Source: an uncultured delta proteobacterium
Lineage (GTDB): Bacteria > Desulfobacterota > Desulfomonilia > UBA1062
Direction: 5' to 3'
Assembly: GCA_963785235.1 (NCBI GenBank)
Contig: CAWAUM010000005.1
Coordinates: 32,001-96,000 of the forward strand
Length of the DNA: 64,000 bases
The notes below the pieces were generated by a model that was given only the letters and a program-made list of their open reading frames with translations, was not told the origin of the DNA and searched no databases. The translations under genes and the position numbers were made by a program. The stretch's first letter is position 1. The number at the start of each line of letters is the position of its first letter. This document shows, in pieces, positions 10,427 through 21,356 of the stretch.

Positions 10427-11468
10427 GTCTGCTTCAGGGTTGATCCTTCGGGCCGAGCAGGGTCTTGATTTGAGCCGTGGATGAGATCATACAGCTCCTG
10501 TCGCTTGACAACCCCTGCCGATATGGAGGGGCTGTTCCAGGCTGCTGACCGTGTCCGCAAAGAATGCGTGGGCGATGAGATCTTCCTGCGCGGCATCATC
10601 GAATTCTCCAATTACTGCAGGAACAACTGCCTGTACTGCGGACTCAGGCGCGACAACCTCCTGGCGCAGCGGTACCGCATGGAAGATAATGAGATTGTTG
10701 GCCTGGCAAAGGCCATCCAATCCAGGGCATGCAGCACCGTGGTGCTGCAGTCGGGAGAAGACCCAATCTATACCAGGGAGCGTATGCGCCGGATCATCGA
10801 GAACATCAAGGATGAGACCGGGCTTGCCATCACACTGTCCATAGGCCAGAGGCCCTATGAAGACTACAGGGCCTTCCGGGAGGCAGGGGCGGACCGCTAC
10901 CTGCTCCGGCACGAGACAGCCAACCCGGACCTCTACGAGAAACTTTGTCCAGGCAGGACCCTCAACGAAAGGACTCAGTGCCTGAAGTGGCTTAAAGAGC
11001 TGGATTACGAGGTGGGTATGGGATGCATGGTGGGACTGCCGGACCAGACGGTGGAAGACCTTGCAGATGATGTGCTCCTCATCAAAGAGATCGGGGCGGA
11101 CATGGTCGGCATCGGTCCCTTCATCCCCCATGTGCAGACTCCGCTCAATGATCATTCGCCGGGCGATGCCTTACTTGTACTGAAGATGCTGGCCATTATC
11201 CGCCTGGTGACCCGGGACACCAACATCCCGTCAACTACTGCGCTTGGGCGTGCTGGATCAGGCAAGCAGAAAAAAGGCATTTGAGGCAGGCGCGAACATT
11301 TTCATGCCTGTCTTCACACCCCAGGACTATGCCAGGCGCTATGATATCTATCCCGGCAAAGGCAATGTGAAAAAGGCGGACGGGGCTATCCTGGATTTCA
11401 AGGCCTTCTTCGACTCCATTGGAAGGCCCATAGGGGAAAGGACCCGGGAGCGGGAAGGCAGGATATGA
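10410..11468 (+). CDS. hydE: H-cluster radical SAM maturase HydE (apparent frameshifts at about 10478-10505 and about 11245)
   Basis: RGIIEFSNYCRNNCLYCG, VLQSGED, RYLLRHET, GIGPFIPH. The C-terminus AGANIFMP...YDIYPGK is in ORF 11244-11468. Confidence 0.9.
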
Positions 11469-12892
11469 AATCATAGAGGAAAGAGACTGACGATCTCGGC
11501 TTCGGCGAATTTTGAGATAACGCGAAGAGAGAAGATCATCGGCACTTGAGATACAAGGCTGTAGGCATACCGCCCGTGCACTGGATAATTTCGGTGACAT
11601 GGGAGAACGGCACGACCCGCTCTTTGTGAAGGCCTATCTGCTGGTTAAAAAGGCAGCCGCCCTGGTGAACACAGAGCTGGGATATCTTGAAAAAGAAAAG
11701 GCCCAGGCTATCATCGAGGCCATAGATAAAATGCTTGCCGGAGAGCACTTTGAAGACATTGTGATAAGTCCCTTGAGCGGCGGGGCAGGGACATCGCTGA
11801 ACATGAATGTGAACGAGGTCATTGCCAACAAGGCCCTTGAGCTTGTGGGGAGACCCAAGGGCGATTATGCATACATCCATCCCCTTGACCATGTAAACAT
11901 GCACCAGTCCACCAACGACACCTACCCATCGGCGCTCAAGGTGGCCATGCTCATGCATCTGGACAAGATGGAAGGGCTTCTTGTCAGGTTGCAGGAGGCC
12001 CTCCAGGAAAAGGAGAGGGAATATGCCGGCATCCTCAAGCTGGGCCGTACCGAACTCGCCGATGCACTGCCCATTACGGTGGGCATGCAGTTCGCTGCCT
12101 ATGCCGAGGCCATAGCCCGGGACAGGTGGAGGATCTTCAAGGCGCGCGAGCGCATCAAGGTGCTTAATCTAGGGGGCACAGCCATCGGCACCGGCTTCAA
12201 TGCGCCCCAGAAGTACATCTTTCTCGTGATCGAGAGGCTCAAGGAACTCACCGGACTTGCCATCACCCGCTCCGAGAACATGGTGGACGCCACCCAGAAC
12301 CTGGATGCCATCGTGGAGGTGTCGGGCCTGGTGAAAACCTGTGCAGTGAACCTGATGAAGATATCCGAGGACCTCAGGCTCCTGGCTTCAGGCCCGTCAG
12401 GGGGGATCGGAGAGGTGATCCTTCCTCCCGTGCAGGAAGGGTCTTCCATCATGCCGGGCAAGGTGAACCCGGTCATATGCGAGTTCACCACCCAGATCAG
12501 CCTTCTTGTAATTGCCAATGACAATACCATTGCCCAGGCGGCGGCGCTGGGCAACCTCGAGCTGAACCAGTTTTTTCCCCTGGTATCTTATCTTATGCTC
12601 AAATCCATGTCGCTGCTGAGTCTTGCCCTGATCAAGTTTGAGGAAAAGGTGATCAAGGGATTAACGCTGAACAGGGAGAAGATCGATGCGAACCTGACCA
12701 ACTCGCTGGCCATCCTGACCTATCTCTCCCAGTACATCGGCCATGACGCGGCATCACGTATCTATCAGATCGTGAGGCATGACAAGAGGACACTCAAAGA
12801 GATCATCATTGACGAGAAGATCCTGACCGGGCAGGAGTTTGATGAACTTGTCTCTGCCCGAGAGGATCCGTATGATGGGGTACAAGAAATGA
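11465..12892 (+). CDS. aspA: Aspartate ammonia-lyase (garbled 5' segment at about 11475-11570; apparent frameshift at about 12858)
   Basis: GGAGTSLNMNVNEVIAN, HVNMHQSTND, GSSIMPGKVNP. ATGA overlaps with the hydE stop (11465) and, after a frame correction, with the hydF start (12889-12892). Confidence 0.85.
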
Positions 12893-14110
12893 ACACCACA
12901 CCGATAGCCAACAGGCTGCACATAGGCATCTTCGGAAGACGTAACACGGGCAAGTCGTCCTTCATCAATGCCCTGACCGGGCAGAGCGTGTCCATCGTAT
13001 CGCCAGTGGCAGGCACTACCACCGATCCGGTGGGTAAGGCCATGGAGATCAATGGCATCGGGCCTGTCTATATCTACGATACCGCCGGCATCGACGACAC
13101 CGGAGACCTTGGAGACATGCGGGTGGACCGCACCAAGGCCATTATGGCCAAGATCAACCTTGCCGTGGTGGTGAGCACCTTTGCAGACTATGGCGAGGCC
13201 GACAAGGCCCTTCTTGATGAGCTCAAGGTGCGTGGCGCCAAGACGCTCCTCGTATTCAACAAGATCGATCTGTTCCCTGTAGATACAAAGGTCACATCAC
13301 GGCTGGATGAGGCCAGCATCCCATTTGCGGCCGTGTGCTGCCTGACCGGAGAGAACATAGGCCAGGCCCGTGAGCGCATCGTGGAGATCGCAAAGACCCT
13401 GGAGGCAGAGCGTTCCACCATCGTGGGCGACATCATCAGCCACGGAGAGATCGTACTCCTGGTGGTGCCCATAGACCTGGGCGCTCCCAAGGGCAGGCTC
13501 ATCCTCCCGCAGGTTCAGGTCATCAGGGACATCCTGGACAACGACGCAGCCGCTGTTACGGTCAAGGAGCGCGAGATCGAATACGTGCTGAGCAGCCTCA
13601 AGACCCCTCCGGGCCTCGTGATCTGCGATTCCCAGGTGGTCCTGAAGGTGGCGGGTGATCTGCCGCCGTCCTCCAAACTCACCACCTTTTCCATCCTGTT
13701 CTCCAGGCTCAAGGGCGATCTGGCTACATTCGTACAAGGGCGTGAGGGCCATCGAAACCCTCAAAGACGGTGACAGGGTGCTCATCTGTGAGGCGTGCAC
13801 CCACCACCCCCTGCCGGATGACATCGGCCGGGTCAAGATCCCCAGGTGGGTAAAGTCCTATACCGGCAAGGATATCACCTTCGACGTCCATGCAGGATCG
13901 ATCCTGGACAGGGACATCCGTGATTACCGGCTCATCATCCAGTGCGGCGGGTGCATGATCAACCGCAAGGAGATGCTGGGAAGGATACAGGAGGCCGGCG
14001 AAAGGGCAGTTCCCATCACCAACTATGGGGTTGCCATATCCTATGTGCACGGGGTGTTGAAGAAGGCATTGTCGCCATTTCCTTATGAGCAGAGTCTATT
14101 GGATGACTGA
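12889..14110 (+). CDS. hydF: H-cluster maturation GTPase HydF (apparent frameshift at about 13739)
   Basis: MNTTPIANRLHIGIFGRRNTGKSS, DTAG, NKID, PKGRLILPQVQ. EACTHH, CGGCM and PITNYG are in ORF 13655-14110. Confidence 0.93.
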
Positions 14111-14344
14111 TGATTTGAGTATACGTATCGTTCTTACATCCTTTTTACGCACAATAGGTATTCCCTGATAAGATAATTTGTGGTAGTTACCATAAATCGA
14201 TATTAAATATAGATGGTTATATAAGCACATACAAGCATAATAGATTATGAAAAACCTAATTTATTCAATAAACCCGGAATCACTGAACCCTTTTCTCAAC
14301 TTTTCAGACTGCAAGGGCTGATTCCGGATACCAGGAGGATATTA

Positions 14345-17032
14345 ATGACGATCACGATTGATGGTAAGGAATGTGAGTTCAACCCGGGGCAGACGGTCTA
14401 CGAAGTTGCCAGGGACAATGGTATAACTATCCCGGTGCTCTGCCACCAGGAACAGCTCAAGCCCGTGGGTGCATGCCGGGTCTGCGTGGTAGAGGTCCAG
14501 GGGGCACGCTCGCTGGTGGCGTCCTGCGCCATGCCGGCGGAAAAGGGCATGATCGTGACCACAAACTCCGAGCGGGTTCTGGCTGCACGCAAACTCACTG
14601 TGGAACTGCTCCTCACCCAGGGGCACCATAACTGCCTGGTGTGCGAGAGCAATGGAGACTGCGTGCTCCAGAGTCTGGCCTATTCCCTGGGCATCGACAC
14701 CCCGCGTTTCCCGGAACCCACAGAGTTCAAACCCCTGGAGCAGGCCAACGAGATGATCGTGCGCGACATGAACAAGTGCATTCTGTGCGGTCTGTGCGTG
14801 CGGGCCTGTAATGAGATCCAGGTGAACCAGGTGCTCGATTACATCGGGCGCGGCCCCACTGCCAGTGTCGGTCCTGCCTTCGGTACCACCTATGAGAATT
14901 CCACATGTGTTTTTTGCGGCGAATGCGTCCGTCTCTGTCCTGTGGGTGCCCTTTATGAAAAGCAGGGCCGCTTCAAGAGCAGGGCAGGCGAGGCCAGGAA
15001 GGTCCGCACCACCTGTGAATACTGCGGTGTTGGTTGCCAGCTTGAGCTCAATGTCAAGGACGGCAAAGTAGTCAAAGTCACCACCCCGCGCTGGAATGCC
15101 TCGGCGCCCAACCGTGGCAGCCTGTGCATCAAGGGCCGCTTCGGGTACGACTTCCTCGATCACCCGGACCGTCTCACAAAACCCTTGATCAGGGTTGACG
15201 GCGAACTCAAGGAAGCGAGCTGGGACGAAGCGATTTCGTACATTTCAGATAAGCTTGCCGCGATCAAAGAAAAGCATGGTCCGGATGCCGTTGCCGGTTT
15301 TGCATCGGCCCGGTGCACCAATGAAGAGAACTACCTCTTCCAGAAGTTTTTGCGCGCGGTGATCGGCACCAACAACGTGGATCACTGCGCCCGGCTCTGA
15401 CACAGCTCCACCGTGGCCGGTCTGGCCACTGCATTCGGTTCCGGGGCAATGACGAACTCCATAGCCGATATGGAGGAATCCAAGTGCTTCCTCATCACCG
15501 GCACCAACACCACGGAAAACCACCCGGTGATCTCCACCTTTATCAAGCGTGCAGTCACCCAGCGTGGCGCCAAGCTCATCCTGGCTGATCCGCGGAACAT
15601 CGATCTCGCAAAGTTTGCTACTGTCTGGCTCCGCCAGACGCCGGGCACCGATATCGCCTGGATCAACGGCATCATGAACGTGATCATCAGCGAAGATCTT
15701 CATAACAAGGAATTCATAGCCGAGCGCACCGAGAACTTTGATGCCCTCAAGGATACGGTGAAAAAGTATACCCCTGAATATGTGGAAAAGATAACCGGTG
15801 TCCCTGCTGAAGAGCTCAAGAAGGCGGCGCGTCTCTATGCCACATCAGGCGCGTCGTCCATTGTCTATGCCATGGGCATCACCCAGCACATCACGGGCAC
15901 TGACAATGTGAAGTCTCTTGCAAATCTGGCCATGCTCACAGGCAACATCGGCAGGCCGGGTACCGGTGTGAATCCGCTGCGCGGACAGAACAACGTGCAG
16001 GGCGCCTGCGACATGGCGTGCCTGCCGGGCAACCTTCCGGCTTACAAGCGTGTGGCCGAAGACGCCGAACGCAAGCCCTTCGAGGATGCCTGGGGCGTGA
16101 AGCTGCCCAACAAGCCGGGCCTCACCATACCCAAGATCATCGACGGCGCCGCGGGTGGTACTATCAAGGCCCTGTACGTCATGGGCGAGAACCCCATGAT
16201 GTCCGATCCGGATACCGCCCATGTGGAGAAGGCACTGAAGAACCTGGAGTTGTTCATTGTCCAGGACATCTTCCGCAACGAAACCGCCGATCTCGCCCAT
16301 GTGGTGCTGCCGAGCTCGGCCTGGGCCGAAAAAGAGGGCACCTTCACCAACACCGAACGCTGTGTCCAGCGGATCCGCAAGGCCGTTGACGCACCGGGCG
16401 AGGCAAAGGATGACTGGCAGATAATCTCCATGATCGCAAACAAACTCGGCGCAAGCTGGAACTATGAGAATGCAAAGTCCGTCATGGAGGAGATCAGCAA
16501 GGTCACTGCCTCTTATGCAGGCATCACCTATGACCGCATCGAATGGAAGGGCCTCCAGTGGCCGTGCCCCAACACGGAGCATCCAGGCACCCCTATCCTG
16601 CACACCCATGCCTTTACAAGGGGAAAGGGGCTCTTTACCGTGTGCGAGCACATCCCTGCTGCCGAACAGACCGATGCCGAATATCCGTTGATTCTCACCA
16701 CGGGCCGCATCCTCTACCAGTACCACACCGCCACCATGAGCCGCCGCTCCAAGGGACTGGTTTCAAGGACACCCGAGGCCTTTGTGGAGATCAACACGGC
16801 AGATGCGAAGAGACTCGGGATCTCTCAGGGACAGAAGGTGGAGATCACAAGCCGCAGGGGCAGCATAGAGGTTGCAGCTGTGGTTTCAAACAGGACCGAC
16901 ACGGGGGTGGTCTTCATCCCGTTCCATTATGCAGAGGCCTCGGTGAACAGGCTCACCAACAAGGCCATTGACCCTGTGGCCAACATCCCTGAGTACAAGG
17001 TGTGTGCGGTGAAGTTGCGGAAAGTGGCCTGA
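14345..17032 (+). CDS. fdhA: Cytoplasmic selenocysteine formate dehydrogenase alpha subunit with a NuoG/HydA-like N-terminal Fe-S array
   Basis: ORFs 14345-15400 and 15413-17032 are in frame across TGA 15398-15400, giving DHCARL-U-HSSTVAGL. Also LRGQNNVQGACD, CEYCGVGC...C, and four extra N-terminal Fe-S motifs. No signal peptide. Confidence 0.93.
15398..15429 (+). promoter_or_regulatory. UGA-Sec codon plus bacterial SECIS hairpin
   Basis: GTGGCC-GGTCT-GGCCAC hairpin begins 12 nt after the TGA. Confidence 0.85.
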
Positions 17033-17057
17033 AACGTAGCACAGTGGTGAAAAATGG

Positions 17058-17094
17058 AACCCCTCCCCTTGAGATACCAGGGGGAGGGGTTTTT
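17058..17094 (+). terminator. Intrinsic terminator after fdhA
   Basis: AACCCCTCCCCT / GGGGGAGGGGTT stem plus T-run. Confidence 0.8.
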
Positions 17095-17240
17095 GATTGC
17101 GCTGTTTTTATCTTATTGAGCTGTTGCCAACATTTAATGAGATAAGGTATTGATAGATTGGAGCAAGATGGTGTATGACCGTCTGCGGGTTATCAGTATA
17201 AAATATATTTAATAAGTATACCTAAAGGGGAGGGGTCTTT

Positions 17241-18533
17241 ATGGCAAGTGAAAATCTGGAAAGCAAACGCTGGGGTATAGCCATGGCGGCTGTCGTCATG
17301 CAGGTTTGCCTCGGTACGGTCTACGCATGGTCGGTCTTCAAGAAGCCACTGATAGGTGCACATGGGTGGGGTGAGACCCAGACGCAGCTCACCTTCATGC
17401 TCTTCATGCTTGTCATTGGATGTGCGGCGGCATTCGGCGGAACTCTGGTCGACAAGAAGGGGCCGAAGTTTGTAGCTACTTTGGGCGGCATTCTCTTTGC
17501 AGCATCCACCCTGCTTTCTGGTGTGGCCGATCAGGTTGGCAGCCTGCCGCTCCTGTACCTCTCCTATGGTATCATTGGCGGTCTCGGCAATGGCTTCTGC
17601 TATGTGACACCTATTGCTACCCTCATCCGCTGGTTCCCTGACAAGCGAGGCCTGGTAACCGGTCTTGCGGTCATGGGTTTCGGTCTCGGCGCCTTCTTCA
17701 TGGGCAAGATCGCTCCGGCCATGATCATTGCATACAAGGGGGGTCTGACCGAATCAGGCGTTGCACAGACCTTCTACATATGGGGCGTGATCTTCCTGAT
17801 ACTGGTGGTCGGTGCGGCTCAGTTTTTCAAGAATCCCCCTGCCGGCTGGCTGCCCGCTGGATTCACTCCTTCCGGAAGCACCGTTTCGGCAGCTGACTCT
17901 TTAACCTTTGGCGAAGCAGTGAAGACATCCCAGTGGTGGATGCTCTGGGCAATGCTCTTCCTGAACGTGTCTGCAGGTCTGGGTCTCATTTCCCAGCTCT
18001 CACCTCTGGCTCAGGAGTACTACAAACCGCTCATCACTGACCTGGCTATTCTCAATGATCCTGAAGCCCTCTCCAAAGCCCTTGCTGTTGCAGGAGGTAC
18101 GGTGGTTTCCATCTCGGCCATTTTCAATGGCCTGGGCAGGCTCTTCTGGGCTAGGGTTTCCGACATGAAGGCCATTGGCAGACGGGGCGTATTTGGGTTT
18201 ATGTTCGCCTCTCAGGCCTTCATCTACATCCTCGTTGCCATGGGCATCCTCAGCAACTACTGGATATTCCTTATTGCGGCATGCTACCTGCTTGCCTGCT
18301 ATGGCGGAGGCTTTGCTACCATGCCCGCATTTGCTGCTGATAATTTCGGTCCGGGCTATATCGGCAAGGTCTATGGCTTCATGCTCACCGCATGGTCCGC
18401 TGCCGGAATCGTAGGTCCGCTGGCATTTGCTCAGTTCAAGGCTCAGTCGCTCTACATAGCAGCAGCTCTGCTTTGCCTCGGATTTGTTTTTGCCCTTGGC
18501 TTTAAGAAACGTGAAAGCCGCAAGACTGCTTAA
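17241..18533 (+). CDS. OFA-family (OxlT-like oxalate/formate antiporter) MFS transporter
   Basis: About 12 hydrophobic segments; GTVYAWSVF, DKKGP, WFPDKRGLVTG, NGLGRLFW and YGGGFATMPA are typical OFA-family motifs. Confidence 0.85.
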   Translation: MASENLESKRWGIAMAAVVMQVCLGTVYAWSVFKKPLIGAHGWGETQTQLTFMLFMLVIGCAAAFGGTLVDKKGPKFVATLGGILFAASTLLSGVADQVGSLPLLYLSYGIIGGLGNGFCYVTPIATLIRWFPDKRGLVTGLAVMGFGLGAFFMGKIAPAMIIAYKGGLTESGVAQTFYIWGVIFLILVVGAAQFFKNPPAGWLPAGFTPSGSTVSAADSLTFGEAVKTSQWWMLWAMLFLNVSAGLGLISQLSPLAQEYYKPLITDLAILNDPEALSKALAVAGGTVVSISAIFNGLGRLFWARVSDMKAIGRRGVFGFMFASQAFIYILVAMGILSNYWIFLIAACYLLACYGGGFATMPAFAADNFGPGYIGKVYGFMLTAWSAAGIVGPLAFAQFKAQSLYIAAALLCLGFVFALGFKKRESRKTA

Positions 18534-18564
18534 GCCTTTTTGATAAGGCGCACATACAAATTCT

Positions 18565-18602
18565 AAAACGGAAGGCGGGCATGTTCTACGCCTTCCGTTT
18601 TT
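18565..18602 (+). terminator. Intrinsic terminator
   Basis: AAAACGGAAGGCG...CGCCTTCCGTTTTT. Confidence 0.8.
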
Positions 18603-18699
18603 GTATTAATGCTGGCAGAGCCAGGAGAGAAACCACTTTACAACAGGGACGATTTCCTCCATAAACGTAAGGATAGAGAGCACCATCAAGGGGGTAGAC

Positions 18700-19347
18700 G
18701 TGGTCAGCGAGATTATCAGGGGCATCATCGAGAATAACAGTTCGTTCGTCGCTTCCCACCACGAGGCATACTTCAAGCCGCACATGGCAGCCCAGCACCC
18801 AAAGGTCACGCTGGTAGCCTGCTGCGATTCGCGGGTCCAGCATATAGCCATTGAACCTGATCCCATTGACAAGATCTTCACCATCGAAACCATCGGCAAC
18901 CAGATGGCATCAGCCCAGGGCTCAGTGGATTACGGGGTTCTGCACCTCCACACCCCGGTCCTGCTCATCATGGGTCATACGGATTGCGGCGCTATCAAGG
19001 CCTTTATGAAGGGATATGAAAAAGAGAATGATGCCATCAAATGCGAGCTCGACAATTTGAAGGCGTGTCTTGAAAACTCCGGATGTGAGATCTTTGATGA
19101 AGAGCTCATGAAGAACATCAGGAAGAACGTGGAACACCAGGTAACTTCGGCCATGAAGCGATACAAAGCCCTTATAGATGAGGGAAAGCTTACGGTTGTG
19201 GGCGCCATCTATGATTTTGTGAATGCACTGGGCAAGGGTCATGGCCGCCTTATTATCACCAGTATAAATGGCATAACTGAAATCAGTAAGATAAAAGCAC
19301 TGCCCCAGCTTGCCGGATTGGATCTGAACAGTTGTCTGATTGCCTAG
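18700..19347 (+). CDS. Beta-class carbonic anhydrase
   Basis: Zn-binding motifs CCDSRV (CxDxR) and GHTDCGA (HxxC). Confidence 0.9.
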   Translation: MVSEIIRGIIENNSSFVASHHEAYFKPHMAAQHPKVTLVACCDSRVQHIAIEPDPIDKIFTIETIGNQMASAQGSVDYGVLHLHTPVLLIMGHTDCGAIKAFMKGYEKENDAIKCELDNLKACLENSGCEIFDEELMKNIRKNVEHQVTSAMKRYKALIDEGKLTVVGAIYDFVNALGKGHGRLIITSINGITEISKIKALPQLAGLDLNSCLIA

Positions 19348-19401
19348 GCAGTTACGGTCATTGTTATCAAAGTAAATTTTCAGGAGGCGTAGGATAACGC
19401 T

Positions 19402-19788
19402 GTGACACTAGCAGAGGTAAGGGATTTGCTTGAAGCGAAGATGGTTATCGGCGAAGAAAAGCTCCATATGGAAATCCACACGGCCTTTGGTGCGGATCTC
19501 ATGAGCGATGTGCTGGCCTTTGCCCGTTCCGGTTGCCTGCTTATCACCGGCCTTTCAAATGTTCAGGCTGTCAGGACCGCCTATGCCCTTGATATAGCGG
19601 CTATTGTCATTTGCAGGGGCAAGGCGCTGAATGACAAGTTCGTGGAGATTGCCAGGGAGCTTGGCATCCCCATACTGTGGACCCCGTTCATCATGTTCGA
19701 GACCTGCGGGAGATTATATCGTGAAGGCATAACAGGGTGTGTGAAAGAGATAGTCGTCGAGGACATCAGAAGTGCCCATGAAGGATAA
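19402..19788 (+). CDS. DRTGG-domain protein
   Basis: AFGADLMSDVLAF...LLITGL motif. Confidence 0.8.
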   Translation: MTLAEVRDLLEAKMVIGEEKLHMEIHTAFGADLMSDVLAFARSGCLLITGLSNVQAVRTAYALDIAAIVICRGKALNDKFVEIARELGIPILWTPFIMFETCGRLYREGITGCVKEIVVEDIRSAHEG

Positions 19789-20236
19789 CGAAAAATATCT
19801 TGAGGGCAGATACGAGATCCAGGGCAGAGACTTTGTCGATGCCGGGCTTGTGTCAAGCCGGATCAAGAAGAGCCTTAAGGCAATGGGCGTAGCCGAAGAC
19901 GTTATCAGGAGGGTGGCGGTACTCACCTTCGAGGCTGAAGTGAACATCATCTCCTATGCGACCCAGGGCACTATCAGCTACTATGTCCTGCCCGATACCA
20001 TTATTATCGAGGCAATTGATGTGGGCCCGGGGATCATTGATATCGAGCAGGCCATGCAGGAAGGCTTCTCGACAGCGGATGATTCCATCCGCGAGATGGG
20101 TTTCGGGGCAGGCATGGGGCTTGCAAACATCAAGAGGTCATCGGATCTTTTCGAGATCACCTCTGAACCCGGCAAAGGCACCTGTGTAAAGTGCACTCTC
20201 ATGATAAAGGGAAGAGTACAGAGCGAGGAAACGTAA
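19778..20236 (+). CDS. RsbT/RsbW-like anti-sigma-factor Ser/Thr kinase
   Basis: EAEVN, DVGPGI, GFST and GFGAGMGL GHKL-type ATP-binding boxes. Confidence 0.85.
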   Translation: MKDNEKYLEGRYEIQGRDFVDAGLVSSRIKKSLKAMGVAEDVIRRVAVLTFEAEVNIISYATQGTISYYVLPDTIIIEAIDVGPGIIDIEQAMQEGFSTADDSIREMGFGAGMGLANIKRSSDLFEITSEPGKGTCVKCTLMIKGRVQSEET

Positions 20237-20237
20237 A

Positions 20238-20585
20238 ATGATTACGCTGGAAAACATTTCTGAAAAGCTTTCTTTGAAGTGCAAGTGCTGCTGGGAGAAC
20301 CTTTCTCGGGAAGTCACCGGGGGTTATGCAGGTGACCTGTTGAGCGATGTCATGGCCAACAGTACTGGTGGAAATGTCTGGGTGACAAGGCAGGTGCACC
20401 AGAATATCGTGGCCGTGGCTTCCCTGAAAGAGCATGCAGCCATCATTGTGGTACAGGGGGCGACACCCGGGCAGGAGACCCTCGACAAGGCGGCCAAGGA
20501 GGGCATCCCCATCCTTGTTGCCGACATGAACGAATTCGAGGTAGTGGGCAGACTTTACCAGCTCCTGCGCCCGGAACAGGCGTGA
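20238..20585 (+). CDS. DRTGG-domain protein (HPr-kinase N-terminal-like)
   Basis: VTGGYAGDLLSDVMA...VWVT.QVHQNIVAVA. Confidence 0.8.
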   Translation: MITLENISEKLSLKCKCCWENLSREVTGGYAGDLLSDVMANSTGGNVWVTRQVHQNIVAVASLKEHAAIIVVQGATPGQETLDKAAKEGIPILVADMNEFEVVGRLYQLLRPEQA

Positions 20586-20615
20586 AGGTCTGCAACCTGA
20601 AACAGGCCTGAAGCC

Positions 20616-21353
20616 ATGGGTAGGGTATACCGCTGCAGCCTCCACATGCACACCTGCCTTTCACCATGCGCCGAACTGGACATGCATCCCTCATCTCTTG
20701 TGAATGAATGCATTGCCCAGGGGCTCGATATCATCGCCATCTGCGACCATAACTCATCGGAGAACGTACAGTACGTTCTCAAGGCGGCTGCCGGTACGGA
20801 CCTTGTGGTCATCCCGGGCATGGAACTGGCCACGAGCGAAGAGGTGCACATTGTCGCCCTGTTTGAGCATCTTAAGGAGCTCTATTCTTTACAGGAAGCC
20901 GTGTATGCAAAACTCTCGGGCAAGAATGACGAAGATGCCTTCGGCATCCAGGCCATTGTCAATGAGGCAGGTGAGGTGGAAGGATTCAACGAGCGCCTGC
21001 TCATCGGGGCCTCGGATATCTCATTGAACGAGGCGGTTGACCTGATACACTCGCTTAATGGGTTGGCAATAGCCTCACATATCGACAGGCAAGCCTTCGG
21101 CATTATCGGCCAGCTCGGGTTTGTTCCTCCAGATGTCCCCTTTGACGCCCTGGAAGTATCTGCAAATCTGGGAATTAGCCAGGCACGGCAACGATATCCG
21201 GAACTGAAGGGATATCAGATCATTACCTCATCAGACGCCCATTACGTAGCGGATATCGGCAAGGCATGCACACGCATGCTTCTGGAAAGCCCGACCTTAC
21301 CGGAAATCGCTCTGGCGATATCAAGGCAAATGGGCAGGTATGTCCTGGAGTAG
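20616..21353 (+). CDS. PHP-domain metal-dependent phosphoesterase
   Basis: LHMHTCLSPC, ICDHN, GME...EEVH, SHIDR, SSDAH. Confidence 0.88.
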   Translation: MGRVYRCSLHMHTCLSPCAELDMHPSSLVNECIAQGLDIIAICDHNSSENVQYVLKAAAGTDLVVIPGMELATSEEVHIVALFEHLKELYSLQEAVYAKLSGKNDEDAFGIQAIVNEAGEVEGFNERLLIGASDISLNEAVDLIHSLNGLAIASHIDRQAFGIIGQLGFVPPDVPFDALEVSANLGISQARQRYPELKGYQIITSSDAHYVADIGKACTRMLLESPTLPEIALAISRQMGRYVLE

Positions 21354-21356
21354 ATC

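Noticed and set aside
11599-13773. Apparent 724-aa AspA-HydF fusion ORF
   Set aside because: Removing one base near 12858 gives a natural AspA end (SAERIRMMGYKK-stop) whose TGA overlaps the hydF ATG (ATGA at 12889-92). The same ORF also loses the HydF C-terminus to another frameshift, so this is most likely an indel artefact.
14195-14230. ModE-like box upstream of fdhA
   Set aside because: Only partial half-sites with wrong spacing in AT-rich DNA.
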